Part shown: positions 1-17,958 of the stretch, in pieces
Position numbering within the stretch: position 1 is the stretch's first letter
Layout of the letters: every line of letters begins with the position of its first letter
NCBI GenBank assembly: GCA_002269645.1
Contig: NIVC01001181.1
Coordinates: 186,001 to 250,000, forward strand
Source: Macrostomum lignano
Taxonomy: Eukaryota
Direction: 5' to 3'
Length of the DNA stretch: 64,000 bases
Position numbers and translations under genes: made by a program
Notes under the pieces: generated by a model
Seen by the model: only the letters and a program-made list of their open reading frames with translations
The model's database searches: none
Told to the model about the DNA's origin: nothing

Positions 1-602
1 GACTGGGCACTGCAGATCAGTTGAGGCTAGATTATCAGTAGTAGTAGCACTAGTAGTTGCAGTAGTAGCTCGTAGTAGTAGTAATGGAAGTAGTAGTAGT
101 ACAAGTATTAGTAGAGTAGTAGTAGAGCAGTCGTAGGCGTAGTCGTAGTAGAGACGTACTGGTAAGCAGTTATTTGAAGTAGCCAGGCAGGCCACTAGTC
201 GCAGTTGGCGGCGTCTGGTCACAGATCGCCGCCTGCACAGCCCCTGGTCACAGGCGACTGGGCACTGCGGATCAGTTGAAGCTAGATTTTCAGTAGTAGT
301 AGCACTAGTAGTTGCAGTAGTAGTAGTAGTGGTAGTAGAGTAGTAGTAGTACAGTCGTAGTCGTAGCCGTAGTCGTAGTAGTGTCGTGCGTCTTAAATAT
401 TCAGCTGCAGAAATAGTACTCTTGCTTATCCCAAGTAGATTTTTGGCGGAGAATAGCTCGTATACGAAGATATTTTGTTGACAAACATGGCGAGCCTCAA
501 TAATAGTCCGGTCCTGGGTACAGATATTCATAAGGCAGTTTGAAACTGCAAACCACGCACTCGGAAGATATTGAAGGTTACCAGTTGTCGAATGTTCGAA
601 AA

Positions 603-643
603 AAACCGATATTTCGGCCCAGACTGGGCCTTCGTCAGGGTTT
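603..643 (-). ncRNA. Minimal type I hammerhead ribozyme, copy 1
   Basis: Minus strand reads AAACC-CTGACGA-A-GGCCCA-GTC-TGGGCC-GAAA-T-ATC-GGTTT. This gives stem I AAACC/GGTTT, a CUGANGA core, a 6-bp stem II, GAAA, palindromic AUAU in place of stem III, and an AUC cleavage triplet. Confidence 0.8.
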
Positions 644-2262
644 ATTTATTCGGGTTTAAAAACAAATATATTGGCAGTGAAGTTATTGTAACATAATTTC
701 AATATATATATATGCTACTTTTGGGGGTGCACTGAGCAGTGTTGAGTAAAGATGTGTACGTATAATTAGTTAAAAACGTGAGTTGAAGCACGCTGATTGG
801 TTAAAGATTGGCAGCTTAAAGCCTTGCACAAAAAATATTAAAGATGTTAGGTGCTATAGAAAAACAGATTTAGAGCGTAGAAGTGTATGAATAAGCATCT
901 TGAAAAGTTCAACAAATAAGTTATTTACGCCCGTAGAATTGAGAACAAATATTAAATTAAAACAGAGCACTGAGAACTTTTCAAAAAAAGTGCAAGTAAA
1001 TAGATGTTATTACATAAACAGTTGAGAACAAATATTAATTAAAACAGAGCACTCGCCATAAACAGTAAATAAATTGAGTCGCCAGGGCCACTAGTTGCAG
1101 TTGGCGGCGTCTGGTCACAGATCGCCGCCTGCACAGCCCCTGGTCACAGGCGACTGGGCACTGCAGATCAGTTGAGGCTAGATTATCAGTAGTAGTAGCA
1201 CTAGTAGTTGCAGTAGTAGCTCGTAGTAGTAGTAATGGAAGTAGTAGTAGTACAAGTATTAGTAGAGTAGTAGTAGAGCAGTCGTAGGCGTAGTCGTAGT
1301 AGAGACGTACTGGTAAGCAGTTATTTGAAGTAGCCAGGCAGGCCACTAGTCGCAGTTGGCGGCGTCTGGTCACAGATCGCCGCCTGCACAGCCCCTGGTC
1401 ACAGGCGACTGGGCACTGCAGATCAGTTGAGGCTAGATTATCAGTAGTAGTAGCACTAGTAGTTGCAGTAGTAGCTCGTAGTAGTAGTAATGGAAGTAGT
1501 AGTAGTACAAGTATTAGTAGAGTAGTAGTAGAGCAGTCGTAGGCGTAGTCGTAGTAGAGACGTACTGGTAAGCAGTTATTTGAAGTAGCCAGGCAGGCCA
1601 CTAGTCGCAGTTGGCGGCGTCTGGTCACAGATCGCCGCCTGCACAGCCCTGGTCACAGGCGACTGGGCACTGCAGATCAGTTGAGGCTAGATTATCAGTA
1701 GTAGTAGCACTAGTAGTTGCAGTAGTAGCTCGTAGTAGTAGTAATGGAAGTAGTAGTAGTACAAGTATTAGTAGAGTAGTAGTAGAGCAGTCGTAGGCGT
1801 AGTCGTAGTAGAGACGTACTGGTAAGCAGTTATTTGAAGTAGCCAGGCAGGCCACTAGTCGCAGTTGGCGGCGTCTGGTCACAGATCGCCGCCTGCACAG
1901 CCCCTGGTCACAGGCGACTGGGCACTGCGGATCAGTTGAAGCTAGATTTTCAGTAGTAGTAGCACTAGTAGTTGCAGTAGTAGTAGTAGTGGTAGTAGAG
2001 TAGTAGTAGTACAGTCGTAGTCGTAGCCGTAGTCGTAGTAGTGTCGTGCGTCTTAAATATTCAGCTGCAGAAATAGTACTCTTGCTTATCCCAAGTAGAT
2101 TTTTGGCGGAGAATAGCTCGTATACGAAGATATTTTGTTGACAAACATGGCGAGCCTCAATAATAGTCCGGTCCTGGGTACAGATATTCATAAGGCAGTT
2201 TGAAACTGCAAACCACGCACTCGGAAGATATTGAAGGTTACCAGTTGTCGAATGTTCGAAAA

Positions 2263-2303
2263 AAACCGATATTTCGGCCCAGACTGGGCCTTCGTCAGGG
2301 TTT
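2263..2303 (-). ncRNA. Minimal type I hammerhead ribozyme, copy 2
   Basis: Identical to copy 1. Confidence 0.8.
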
Positions 2304-3883
2304 ATTTATTCGGGTTTAAAAACAAATATATTGGCAGTGAAGTTATTGTAACATAATTTCAATATATATATATGCTACTTTTGGGGGTGCACTGAGCAGT
2401 GTTGAGTAAAGATGTGTACGTATAATTAGTTAAAAACGTGAGTTGAAGCACGCTGATTGGTTAAAGATTGGCAGCTTAAAGCCTTGCACAAAAAATATTA
2501 AAGATGTTAGGTGCTATAGAAAAACAGATTTAGAGCGTAGAAGTGTATGAATAAGCATCTTGAAAAGTTCAACAAATAAGTTATTTACGCCCGTAGAATT
2601 GAGAACAAATATTAAATTAAAACAGAGCACTGAGAACTTTTCAAAAAGAAGTGCAAGTAAATAGATGTTATTACATAAACAGTAAATAAATTGAGTCGCC
2701 AGGCAGGCCACTAGTTGCAGTTGGCGGCGTCTGGTCACAGATCGCCGCCTGCACAGCCCCTGGTCACAGGCGACTGGGCACTGCAGATCAGTTGAGGCTA
2801 GATTATCAGTAGTAGTAGCACTAGTAGTTGCAGTAGTAGCTCGTAGTAGTAGTAATGGAAGTAGTAGTAGTACAAGTATTAGTAGAGTAGTAGTAGAGCA
2901 GTCGTAGGCGTAGTCGTAGTAGAGACGTACTGGTAAGCAGTTATTTGAAGTAGCCAGGCAGGCCACTAGTCGCAGTTGGCGGCGTCTGGTCACAGATCGC
3001 CGCCTGCACAGCCCCTGGTCACAGGCGACTGGGCACTGCAGATCAGTTGAGGCTAGATTATCAGTAGTAGTAGCACTAGTAGTTGCAGTAGTAGCTCGTA
3101 GTAGTAGTAATGGAAGTAGTAGTAGTACAAGTATTAGTAGAGTAGTAGTAGAGCAGTCGTAGGCGTAGTCGTAGTAGAGACGTACTGGTAAGCAGTTATT
3201 TGAAGTAGCCAGGCAGGCCACTAGTCGCAGTTGGCGGCGTCTGGTCACAGATCGCCGCCTGCACAGCCCCTGGTCACAGGCGACTGGGCACTGCAGATCA
3301 GTTGAGGCTAGATTATCAGTAGTAGTAGCACTAGTAGTTGCAGTAGTAGCTCGTAGTAGTAGTAATGGAAGTAGTAGTAGTACAAGTATTAGTAGAGTAG
3401 TAGTAGAGCAGTCGTAGGCGTAGTCGTAGTAGAGACGTACTGGTAAGCAGTTATTTGAAGTAGCCAGGCAGGCCACTAGTCGCAGTTGGCGGCGTCTGGT
3501 CACAGATCGCCGCCTGCACAGCCCCTGGTCACAGGCGACTGGGCACTGCGGATCAGTTGAAGCTAGATTTTCAGTAGTAGTAGCACTAGTAGTTGCAGTA
3601 GTAGTAGTAGTGGTAGTAGAGTAGTAGTAGTACAGTCGTAGTCGTAGCCGTAGTCGTAGTAGTGTCGTGCGTCTTAAATATTCAGCTGCAGAAATAGTAC
3701 TCTTGCTTATCCCAAGTAGATTTTTGGCGGAGAATAGCTCGTATACGAAGATATTTTGTTGACAAACATGGCGAGCCTCAATAATAGTCCGGTCCTGGGT
3801 ACAGATATTCATAAGGCAGTTTGAAACTGCAAACCACGCACTCGGAAGATATTGAAGGTTACCAGTTGTCGAATGTTCGAAAA

Positions 3884-3924
3884 AAACCGATATTTCGGCC
3901 CAGACTGGGCCTTCGTCAGGGTTT
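3884..3924 (-). ncRNA. Minimal type I hammerhead ribozyme, copy 3
   Basis: Identical to copy 1. Confidence 0.8.
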
Positions 3925-4744
3925 ATTTATTCGGGTTTAAAAACAAATATATTGGCAGTGAAGTTATTGTAACATAATTTCAATATATATATATGCTACT
4001 TTTGGGGGTGCACTGAGCAGTGTTGAGTAAAGATGTGTACGTATAATTAGTTAAAAACGTGAGTTGAAGCACGCTGATTGGTTAAAGATTGGCAGCTTAA
4101 AGCCTTGCACAAAAAATATTAAAGATGTTAGGTGCTATAGAAAAACAGATTTAGAGCGTAGAGCTAACCCTAAATGCGCGAGCGTCTCCAATATTAGAGA
4201 TATACATCTATTCCTGTTCTGAGTTCACACGTCATTGAACCATAAATTCGCACATACAGATAGATCTGTCACAGGTATCTATCTGTTTGCGAAATTCCTA
4301 AGCTTGTCCAGTTTGCGTAATACCCTCAGGGGGGTTGCCGAGGGGTGTTGGGCCAGCCCAATAGCTCCAACCCCTCTAGACTAAAACCGAAAATGACTCG
4401 CGAAAGAATTTATAAGGGATGAGTAATCAAAAATCGCCCCCCCTTCCCAACCTAAACGTATTGAAGTGGCCATTCTTACAGCTTTAAGAATCTTTTAAAC
4501 CCCTTCTGGAAACCTTTGGAAAAGAGATTTAGACTGGAGCCGAGCTGAGGAAGACTGACCCCGGCCCATTGTGCAATCTGTGTCCACTCTTCATTCTCGG
4601 GCTTGAGTGGTTTCAAATTGCTATATAGAAAATTATTCTTCGGAGAGTTTTGAGGGACTGGAGTTTGGCGCTGGAGACCCTGGGTTGCGCAATGCGATCC
4701 GCTTGAGATAGAAAAGCTAAGGCTATTCAATATGCTATCTGTCT

Positions 4745-8184
<3,440 letters not shown>

Positions 8185-8260
8185 TTCATAAGGCAGTTTG
8201 AAACTGCAAACCACGCACTCGGAAGATATTGAAGGTTACCAGTTGTCGAATGTTCGAAAA

Positions 8261-8301
8261 AAACCGATATTTCGGCCCAGACTGGGCCTTCGTCAGGGTT
8301 T
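8261..8301 (-). ncRNA. Minimal type I hammerhead ribozyme, copy 4
   Basis: Identical to copy 1. Confidence 0.8.
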
Positions 8302-9626
8302 ATTTATTCGGGTTTAAAAACAAATATATTGGCAGTGAAGTTATTGTAACATAATTTCAATATATATATATGCTACTTTTGGGGGTGCACTGAGCAGTGT
8401 TGAGTAAAGATGTGTACGTATAATTAGTTAAAAACGTGAGTTGAAGCACGCTGATTGGTTAAAGATTGGCAGCTTAAAGCCTTGCACAAAAAATATTAAA
8501 GATGTTAGGTGCTATAGAAAAACAGATTTAGAGCGTAGAAGTGTATGAATAAGCATCTTGAAAAGTTCAACAAATAAGTTATTTACGCCCGTAGAATTGA
8601 GAACAAATATTAAATTAAAACAGAGCACTGAGAACTTTTCAAAAAGAAGTGCAAGTAAATAGATGTTATTACATAAACAGTAAATAAATTGAGTCGCCAG
8701 GCAGGCCACTAGTTGCAGTTGGCGGCGTCTGGTCACAGATCGCCGCCTGCACAGCCCCTGGTCACAGGCGACTGGGCACTGCAGATCAGTTGAGGCTAGA
8801 TTATCAGTAGTAGTAGCACTAGTAGTTGCAGTAGTAGCTCGTAGTAGTAGTAATGGAAGTAGTAGTAGTACAAGTATTAGTAGAGTAGTAGTAGAGCAGT
8901 CGTAGGCGTAGTCGTAGTAGAGACGTACTGGTAAGCAGTTATTTGAAGTAGCCAGGCAGGCCACTAGTCGCAGTTGGCGGCGTCTGGTCACAGATCGCCG
9001 CCTGCACAGCCCCTGGTCACAGGCGACTGGGCACTGCAGATCAGTTGAGGCTAGATTATCAGTAGTAGTAGCACTAGTAGTTGCAGTAGTAGCTCGTAGT
9101 AGTAGTAATGGAAGTAGTAGTAGTACAAGTATTAGTAGAGTAGTAGTAGAGCAGTCGTAGGCGTAGTCGTAGTAGAGACGTACTGGTAAGCAGTTATTTG
9201 AAGTAGCCAGGCAGGCCACTAGTCGCAGTTGGCGGCGTCTGGTCACAGATCGCCGCCTGCACAGCCCCTGGTCACAGGCGACTGGGCACTGCGGATCAGT
9301 TGAAGCTAGATTTTCAGTAGTAGTAGCACTAGTAGTTGCAGTAGTAGTAGTAGTGGTAGTAGAGTAGTAGTAGTACAGTCGTAGTCGTAGCCGTAGTCGT
9401 AGTAGTGTCGTGCGTCTTAAATATTCAGCTGCAGAAATAGTACTCTTGCTTATCCCAAGTAGATTTTTGGCGGAGAATAGCTCGTATACGAAGATATTTT
9501 GTTGACAAACATGGCGAGCCTCAATAATAGTCCGGTCCTGGGTACAGATATTCATAAGGCAGTTTGAAACTGCAAACCACGCACTCGGAAGATATTGAAG
9601 GTTACCAGTTGTCGAATGTTCGAAAA

Positions 9627-9667
9627 AAACCGATATTTCGGCCCAGACTGGGCCTTCGTCAGGGTTT
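9627..9667 (-). ncRNA. Minimal type I hammerhead ribozyme, copy 5
   Basis: Identical to copy 1. Confidence 0.8.
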
Positions 9668-10992
9668 ATTTATTCGGGTTTAAAAACAAATATATTGGCA
9701 GTGAAGTTATTGTAACATAATTTCAATATATATATATGCTACTTTTGGGGGTGCACTGAGCAGTGTTGAGTAAAGATGTGTACGTATAATTAGTTAAAAA
9801 CGTGAGTTGAAGCACGCTGATTGGTTAAAGATTGGCAGCTTAAAGCCTTGCACAAAAAATATTAAAGATGTTAGGTGCTATAGAAAAACAGATTTAGAGC
9901 GTAGAAGTGTATGAATAAGCATCTTGAAAAGTTCAACAAATAAGTTATTTACGCCCGTAGAATTGAGAACAAATATTAAATTAAAACAGAGCACTGAGAA
10001 CTTTTCAAAAAGAAGTGCAAGTAAATAGATGTTATTACATAAACAGTAAATAAATTGAGTCGCCAGGCAGGCCACTAGTTGCAGTTGGCGGCGTCTGGTC
10101 ACAGATCGCCGCCTGCACAGCCCCTGGTCACAGGCGACTGGGCACTGCAGATCAGTTGAGGCTAGATTATCAGTAGTAGTAGCACTAGTAGTTGCAGTAG
10201 TAGCTCGTAGTAGTAGTAATGGAAGTAGTAGTAGTACAAGTATTAGTAGAGTAGTAGTAGAGCAGTCGTAGGCGTAGTCGTAGTAGAGACGTACTGGTAA
10301 GCAGTTATTTGAAGTAGCCAGGCAGGCCACTAGTCGCAGTTGGCGGCGTCTGGTCACAGATCGCCGCCTGCACAGCCCCTGGTCACAGGCGACTGGGCAC
10401 TGCAGATCAGTTGAGGCTAGATTATCAGTAGTAGTAGCACTAGTAGTTGCAGTAGTAGCTCGTAGTAGTAGTAATGGAAGTAGTAGTAGTACAAGTATTA
10501 GTAGAGTAGTAGTAGAGCAGTCGTAGGCGTAGTCGTAGTAGAGACGTACTGGTAAGCAGTTATTTGAAGTAGCCAGGCAGGCCACTAGTCGCAGTTGGCG
10601 GCGTCTGGTCACAGATCGCCGCCTGCACAGCCCCTGGTCACAGGCGACTGGGCACTGCGGATCAGTTGAAGCTAGATTTTCAGTAGTAGTAGCACTAGTA
10701 GTTGCAGTAGTAGTAGTAGTGGTAGTAGAGTAGTAGTAGTACAGTCGTAGTCGTAGCCGTAGTCGTAGTAGTGTCGTGCGTCTTAAATATTCAGCTGCAG
10801 AAATAGTACTCTTGCTTATCCCAAGTAGATTTTTGGCGGAGAATAGCTCGTATACGAAGATATTTTGTTGACAAACATGGCGAGCCTCAATAATAGTCCG
10901 GTCCTGGGTACAGATATTCATAAGGCAGTTTGAAACTGCAAACCACGCACTCGGAAGATATTGAAGGTTACCAGTTGTCGAATGTTCGAAAA

Positions 10993-11033
10993 AAACCGAT
11001 ATTTCGGCCCAGACTGGGCCTTCGTCAGGGTTT
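10993..11033 (-). ncRNA. Minimal type I hammerhead ribozyme, copy 6
   Basis: Identical to copy 1. Confidence 0.8.
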
Positions 11034-11369
11034 ATTTATTCGGGTTTAAAAACAAATATATTGGCAGTGAAGTTATTGTAACATAATTTCAATATATATA
11101 TATGCTACTTTTGGGGGTGCACTGAGCAGTGTTGAGTAAAGATGTGTACGTATAATTAGTTAAAAACGTGAGTTGAAGCACGCTGATTGGTTAAAGATTG
11201 GCAGCTTAAAGCCTTGCACAAAAAATATTAAAGATGTTAGGTGCTATAGAAAAACAGATTTAGAGCGTAGAAGTGTATGAATAAGCATCTTGAAAAGTTC
11301 AACAAATAAGTTATTTACGCCCGTAGAATTGAGAACAAATATTAAATTAAAACAGAGCACTGAGAACTT

Positions 11370-12617
<1,248 letters not shown>

Positions 12618-14155
12618 TTCTTCAGTCTCTCTCACTACAAAGACTCATTCGCAGCCCACCTGTAATTAATGAAGTCACGTGTGTCCTGAGCTGCTTTCAT
12701 CTGTCAGGCAGACCTTGACTCCATGAAGAATTCGCCTTCTATAAAATTGCTCGAACTGTCCCTAATCCGCAAAGGCAAGCATTCTCAATTAGTCAGCTCA
12801 TCGTCTTTGATGCGATCGGATTCCCTAATAGTTGAAAAAATCAAAATCTGTTTTTTCCCTCTGTTCCTTTAGTATGGTCAGCTGATGATTAATGAAAATT
12901 GATTCCTCTGGTATGGAAGAAAATCTCTTTGGGAGATGATGTGGCAGCAGGGATTAAGAGATACAGGTAACGCTTTTGATCTACAAAATTAGGTTAGTTA
13001 GATGAGTTTAATCAAGTTGAACTGCTTCAAGTTCACGGAAAAGTGCCGCAGTCCGGAAAAAAAACAAATCTTCTGATGAAAATTAGTGCTAGTGAAGGCT
13101 TCGAAAAAATGTCATTTCTGTTCGGGTTATATGAATAGATAAAAACCACAAAAATGGATGCTTTACAGAAATGTCACAAAACATACTTAATAGTCAAGGA
13201 CAGCATAGACTGGAGAGAGTTGCCCTTGCTTGATAAAGCCAGTGCGCTTTACCAGGCACCTGACTAGATTTCAATTTCGGCCCATCCTACTAGAAATGCC
13301 GAACGGCAGGGCTCCAGAGTGTTTGCGTGAAAACTTTCGGCAACGGAAGCAGACAGCTCGGCGCCAGGCTTTGGTGCTGCTTTGGGAGTTTTCTCTGCTT
13401 TTCTGGTCGCCGCGGCGCCGGCTGCTGCTGCTGCTGCTGCTGCTGCTGCGGATTCTGGCTTTCCCAGGTGCCACTTCTCTCTCACCCTCTCTGCCCCCCT
13501 CTCTGTCTCTCTATTTTCTCTGAGTCATCCGCGGTGCACAAGGCTGATATCACTATTCGGGGATAAAACACACACACACTAAATGCTGCCCTGTATCCAA
13601 ATCCCCCTACAATATTGCACCTGTCGCTCTTTGTGCCCGCTGAGTGCTGAAGCCCCCAGCTAACACTATGCATAAATAGCCGCCTATGTTTTGTAATTTA
13701 CCGTGGTATTGGAAATCGAGTGCAGAGTGTTTTCACTTTGACTTGTGATTTGGGTATTTGCTTTTTTGTTTAACACCCGACTGCCCGAGCCGAATCGCCT
13801 CTAGCTCTCGATAAAATTGTGTTACTCACTCCGTTCCCAGTTTGAAAAATTTTGGGTTGTTTTCAATCAAAACAGTTTTCTGACTGTGTGAGTGAAGGAT
13901 GGCTGGCGGCCACACAGTGGGACTTGTTATAACACGGCTTATTAGCCATGCATTAATAGGCTTTAGCCTCCCTGAAGGGGATTAGCGAGAAATTTTCAAT
14001 TCCCCTATGGGAGTTGTTTACAGCCAGGTGTTAGTATCTGAGGGGCCCACCTGGCTGCGAAGCAGGCATCCCGCCGTCTGTTACAAATGACTGGATGGGT
14101 CGTTTCTTGGGATTTAACAAAGACATCTGTGCCGACAGCTAGACGGACAAACACG

Positions 14156-14497
<342 letters not shown>

Positions 14498-15049
14498 GTA
14501 GAAATAGTGAAGGCCAATCTAAGCATAGAAACCAAGAGTTTATTATTATTCGCCTCTCATCTTCAATAGCCGGCGCGATCAGGCCAGAGCCAGCACTGGT
14601 ATTGGAGTGACGACACCAACAAAGAGCCGCTTAAAGAGTCAGCGGATGAACGGTTTTGGGGTAGCTGCAGCTGGCTGATTCACATGGAACAGAGAGTTGT
14701 AAAGCCACGAAGGACGGGGGTGTCGAGGAATCCGTTCACACCTTTATCTCTCTCTGTTGTCAAGCTTTTAAAACCCTCAGATTAGCCAAAAAATCGCGGC
14801 CCCGTCTGTTGCTGTCTCCAAGGCCTATCTGTGTTCTGTTCTCTGCACCAACAGGCGGTAAGAATTGAGGCCCCCTCCCCTATTTGCTGTTGGATGAAGG
14901 CAGGTCTGACTCACTGGCTTGGATCCGTTCTTCAGCCAAGCAGGCAATCACCCTTATTTTGGTTTCCTTTGTTTCACTCGAAATTTTAATATCAATCAAT
15001 CTCGCAGGCAAATGATTGAGCAATTTTAACTGTTTTAACCTTTATCTCC

Positions 15050-16640
15050 CTCCCTTGTCTCCCTCTCTCTTCCCCCCCCCTCTATTACCTCTCTACTGTC
15101 TCTCTTTTGTCTCCCTCTCTCTTCCCCCCCCTATTACCTCTCTACTGTCTCTCTTTTGTCTCCCTCCCTCTTCCCCCCCTCTATTACCTCTCTACTGTCT
15201 CTCTCTTGTCTCCCTCCCTCTTCCCCCCCTCTATCATCTCTCTCTTGTCTCTCTGTTGTCTCCCTCTCACTTGTCCCCCCTCTCTTGTCTCCCTCTCTCT
15301 TGTCTCTCTCTTGTCTCTCTCTTGTCTCCCTCTCTCTTGTCTCTCTCTTGTCTCTCTCTTGTCTCCCTCTCTCTTGTCTCTCTCTTGTCTCTCTCTTGTC
15401 TCCCTCTCTCTTGTCTCTCTCTTGTCTCCCTCTCTTGTCCCCTCTCTTGTCTCTCTCTTGTCTCCCACTCTCTTGTCTCTCTCTTGTCTCCCTCTCTCTT
15501 GTCTCTCTCTTGTCTCTCTCTTGTCTCCCTCTCTCTTGTCTCTCTCTTGTCTCCCTCTCGCTTGTACCCCCACTCTTGTCTCCCTCTCACTTGTCCCCCC
15601 CTCTCTTGTCTCCCTCTCTCTTGTCTCTCTCTTGTCTCCCTCTCGCTTGTCCCCCCTCTCTTGTCTCCCTCTCACTTGTCCCCCCTCTCTTGTCTCTCTC
15701 TTGTCTCCCTCTCGCTTGTCCCCCTCTCTTGTCTCCCTCTCACTTGTCCCCCCCCTCTCTTGTCTCCCTCTCTCTTGTCTCTCTCTTGTCTCCCTCTCGC
15801 TTTTCCCCCCTCTCTTGTCTCCCTCTCACTTGTCCCCCCTCTCTTGTCTCTCTCTTGTCTCCCTCTCGCTTGTCCCCCTCTCTTGTCTCCCTCTCACTTG
15901 TCCCCCTCTCTTGTCTCCCTCTCTCTTGTCTCTCTCTTGTCTCCCTCTCTCTTGTCTCTCTCTTGTCTCCCTCTCTTGTCCCCCTCTCTTGTCTCCCTCT
16001 CTCTTGTCTCTCTCTCTCTTGTCCCCCCTCTCTTGTCTCCCTCTCACTTGTCCCCCTCTCTTGTCTCTCTCTTGTCTCCCTCTCGCTTGTCCCCCCTCTC
16101 TTGTCTCCCTCTCGCTTGTCCCCCCTCTCTTGTCTCCCTCTCACTTGTCCCCCCTCTCTTGTCTCCCTCTCTCTTGTCTCTCTCTTGTCTCCCTCTCGCT
16201 TTTCCCCCCTCTCTTGTCTCCCTCTCGCTTTTCCCCCTCTCTTGTCTCCCTCTCACTTGTCCCCCCTCTCTTGTCTCTCTCTTGTCTCCCTCTCGCTTGT
16301 CCCCCTCTCTTGTCTCCCTCTCACTTGTCCCCCCTCTCTTGTCTCCCTCTCTCTTGTCTCTCTCTTGTCTCCCTCTCGCTTTTCCCCCCTCTCTTGTCTC
16401 CCTCTCTCTTGTCTATCTCTTGTCTCCCTCTCTCTTGTCTCTCTCTTGTCTCCCTCTCGCTTTTTCCCCCTCTCTTGTCTCCCTCTCTCTTGTCTCTCTC
16501 TTGTCTCCCTCTCGCTTTTCCCCCTCTCTTGTCTCCCTCTCGCTTTTCCCCCTCTCTTGTCTCCCTCTCACTTGTCTCTCTTTTGTCTCCCTCTCTTGTT
16601 TCCCTCTATCTTGTCTCTCTTCTCTCCCTCTCTCTGTCTC
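15050..16640. repeat. Pyrimidine-rich degenerate tandem repeat built on CTCTCTTGTC
   Basis: Direct reading. It produces the L/S/P/C-rich pseudo-ORFs. Confidence 0.95.
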
Positions 16641-17271
16641 CCTATCACCCGACTTTTATCTCGCATGTGTCCCTCTCCTCTATCTACTTCTCACATGTCT
16701 ACCTCTCATACCTGCTTAATACTTCTCAAACCTGTTTTTCTCTCTCCTGTCCACCTCTCACACGCACCTCTTTACCGTCTCCCATCCTCTCTCTCCTTCC
16801 TGCCTCTGTCCTGTCCTGTCCTGTCCGGAGTCCACCTCTGTCTCAGTCTCAATAGAACTCAGCCAGCGAGATTGCCACGCAGAAGAACTCTCTGATCACT
16901 GAGTGGAAGTCACAAAATGGGGTCAGAAACAATCCACCCCATCCCCTTGTCTGAATTCGGTGCTAAAACAGGGCATTCTTCCGTGTGTAGCTCATATATT
17001 TCTTTCCAAACAGACCTTCCAATAGCCGTGTTATACAGCAAACTTCATTTTTTTCTTTTCTGTCTCCACAAGCTCTCCGTATTGCTCATTCATTTTGTCT
17101 GCACAGATAAATTCAAGTTTATAATTTGCAAGTTTTCAACTTAATACCGGAAAGAACAGAGGACTATAAAAGCGAGTATTAGTCATGGGGTATTACTCAT
17201 GGGTGTTTGTCGCTGAGTTGACGAAACGGTAAATTCTCGAGAATCTAGCCAAATCTGGAAACTTGTAGGTT

Positions 17272-17958
17272 AAAGCTAGAGAAGTAGATAGATTGGTCGG
17301 TTAGAGCTAGAGAAGTAGATAGATTGGTCGGTCAGAGTTAGAGAAATAGATTGGTAGGTTAGAGCTAGATAAGTAGATAGATTGGTAGGTTAGAGCTAGA
17401 TAAGTAGATAGATTGGTAGGTTAGAGCTAGAGAAGTAGATAGATTGGTGGGTTAGAGCTAGAGAAGTAGATATATTGGTAGGTAGAGCTAGAGAAGTAGA
17501 TAGATTGGTAGGTTAGAGCTAGAGAAGTAAATAGATTGGTAGGTTAGAGCTAGAGAAGTAGATAGATTGGTAGGTTAGAGCTGGATAAGTAGATACACTG
17601 GTAGGTTAGGGTAGAGAAGTAGATAGATTGGTAGGTTAGAGCTAGAGAAGTAGATAGATTGGTAGGTTAGAGTTAGAGAAATAGATTGGTAGGTTAGAGC
17701 TAGATAAGTAGATAGATTGGAAGGTTAGCGTAGAGAAGTAGATGGATTGGTAGGTTAGAGCTAGATAAGTAGATAGATTGGTAGGTTAGAGCTAGATAAG
17801 TAGATAGATTGGTAGGTTAGAGCTAGAGAAGTAGATAGATTGGTGGGTTAGAGCTAGAGAAGTAGATAGATTGGTAGGTAGAGCTAGAGAAGTAGATACA
17901 TTGGTAGGTTAGAGCTAGAGAAGTAGATACATTGGTAGGTTAGGGTAGAGAAGTAGAT
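17272..17958. repeat. 31-bp minisatellite TTAGAGCTAGAGAAGTAGATAGATTGGTAGG
   Basis: About 22 tandem copies. Confidence 0.95.

Larger units (their letters stand above)
1..4162 (-). mobile_element. Tandem array (part 1) of a ~1366-1660 bp unit with 255-bp internal subrepeats and one hammerhead motif per unit; Penelope-like pLTR/retrozyme-like
   Basis: Near-identical units recur, with hammerheads at 603, 2263 and 3884 (spacings 1660 and 1621 = 1366+255). The array starts before the window and is truncated at 4162. The family call is inferred from the CTGACGAAGGCC...GGCCGAAA motif typical of PLE terminal repeats. No RT or GIY-YIG coding sequence is seen. Confidence 0.7.

Noticed and set aside
13230-13582. 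Short ORFs around the (CTG)n tract
   Set aside because: Low-complexity sequence open in several frames with no homology. It may be UTR or promoter sequence.
15016-16895. 570-580-aa L/S/P/C ORFs
   Set aside because: Artefact of the CT-rich tandem repeat.
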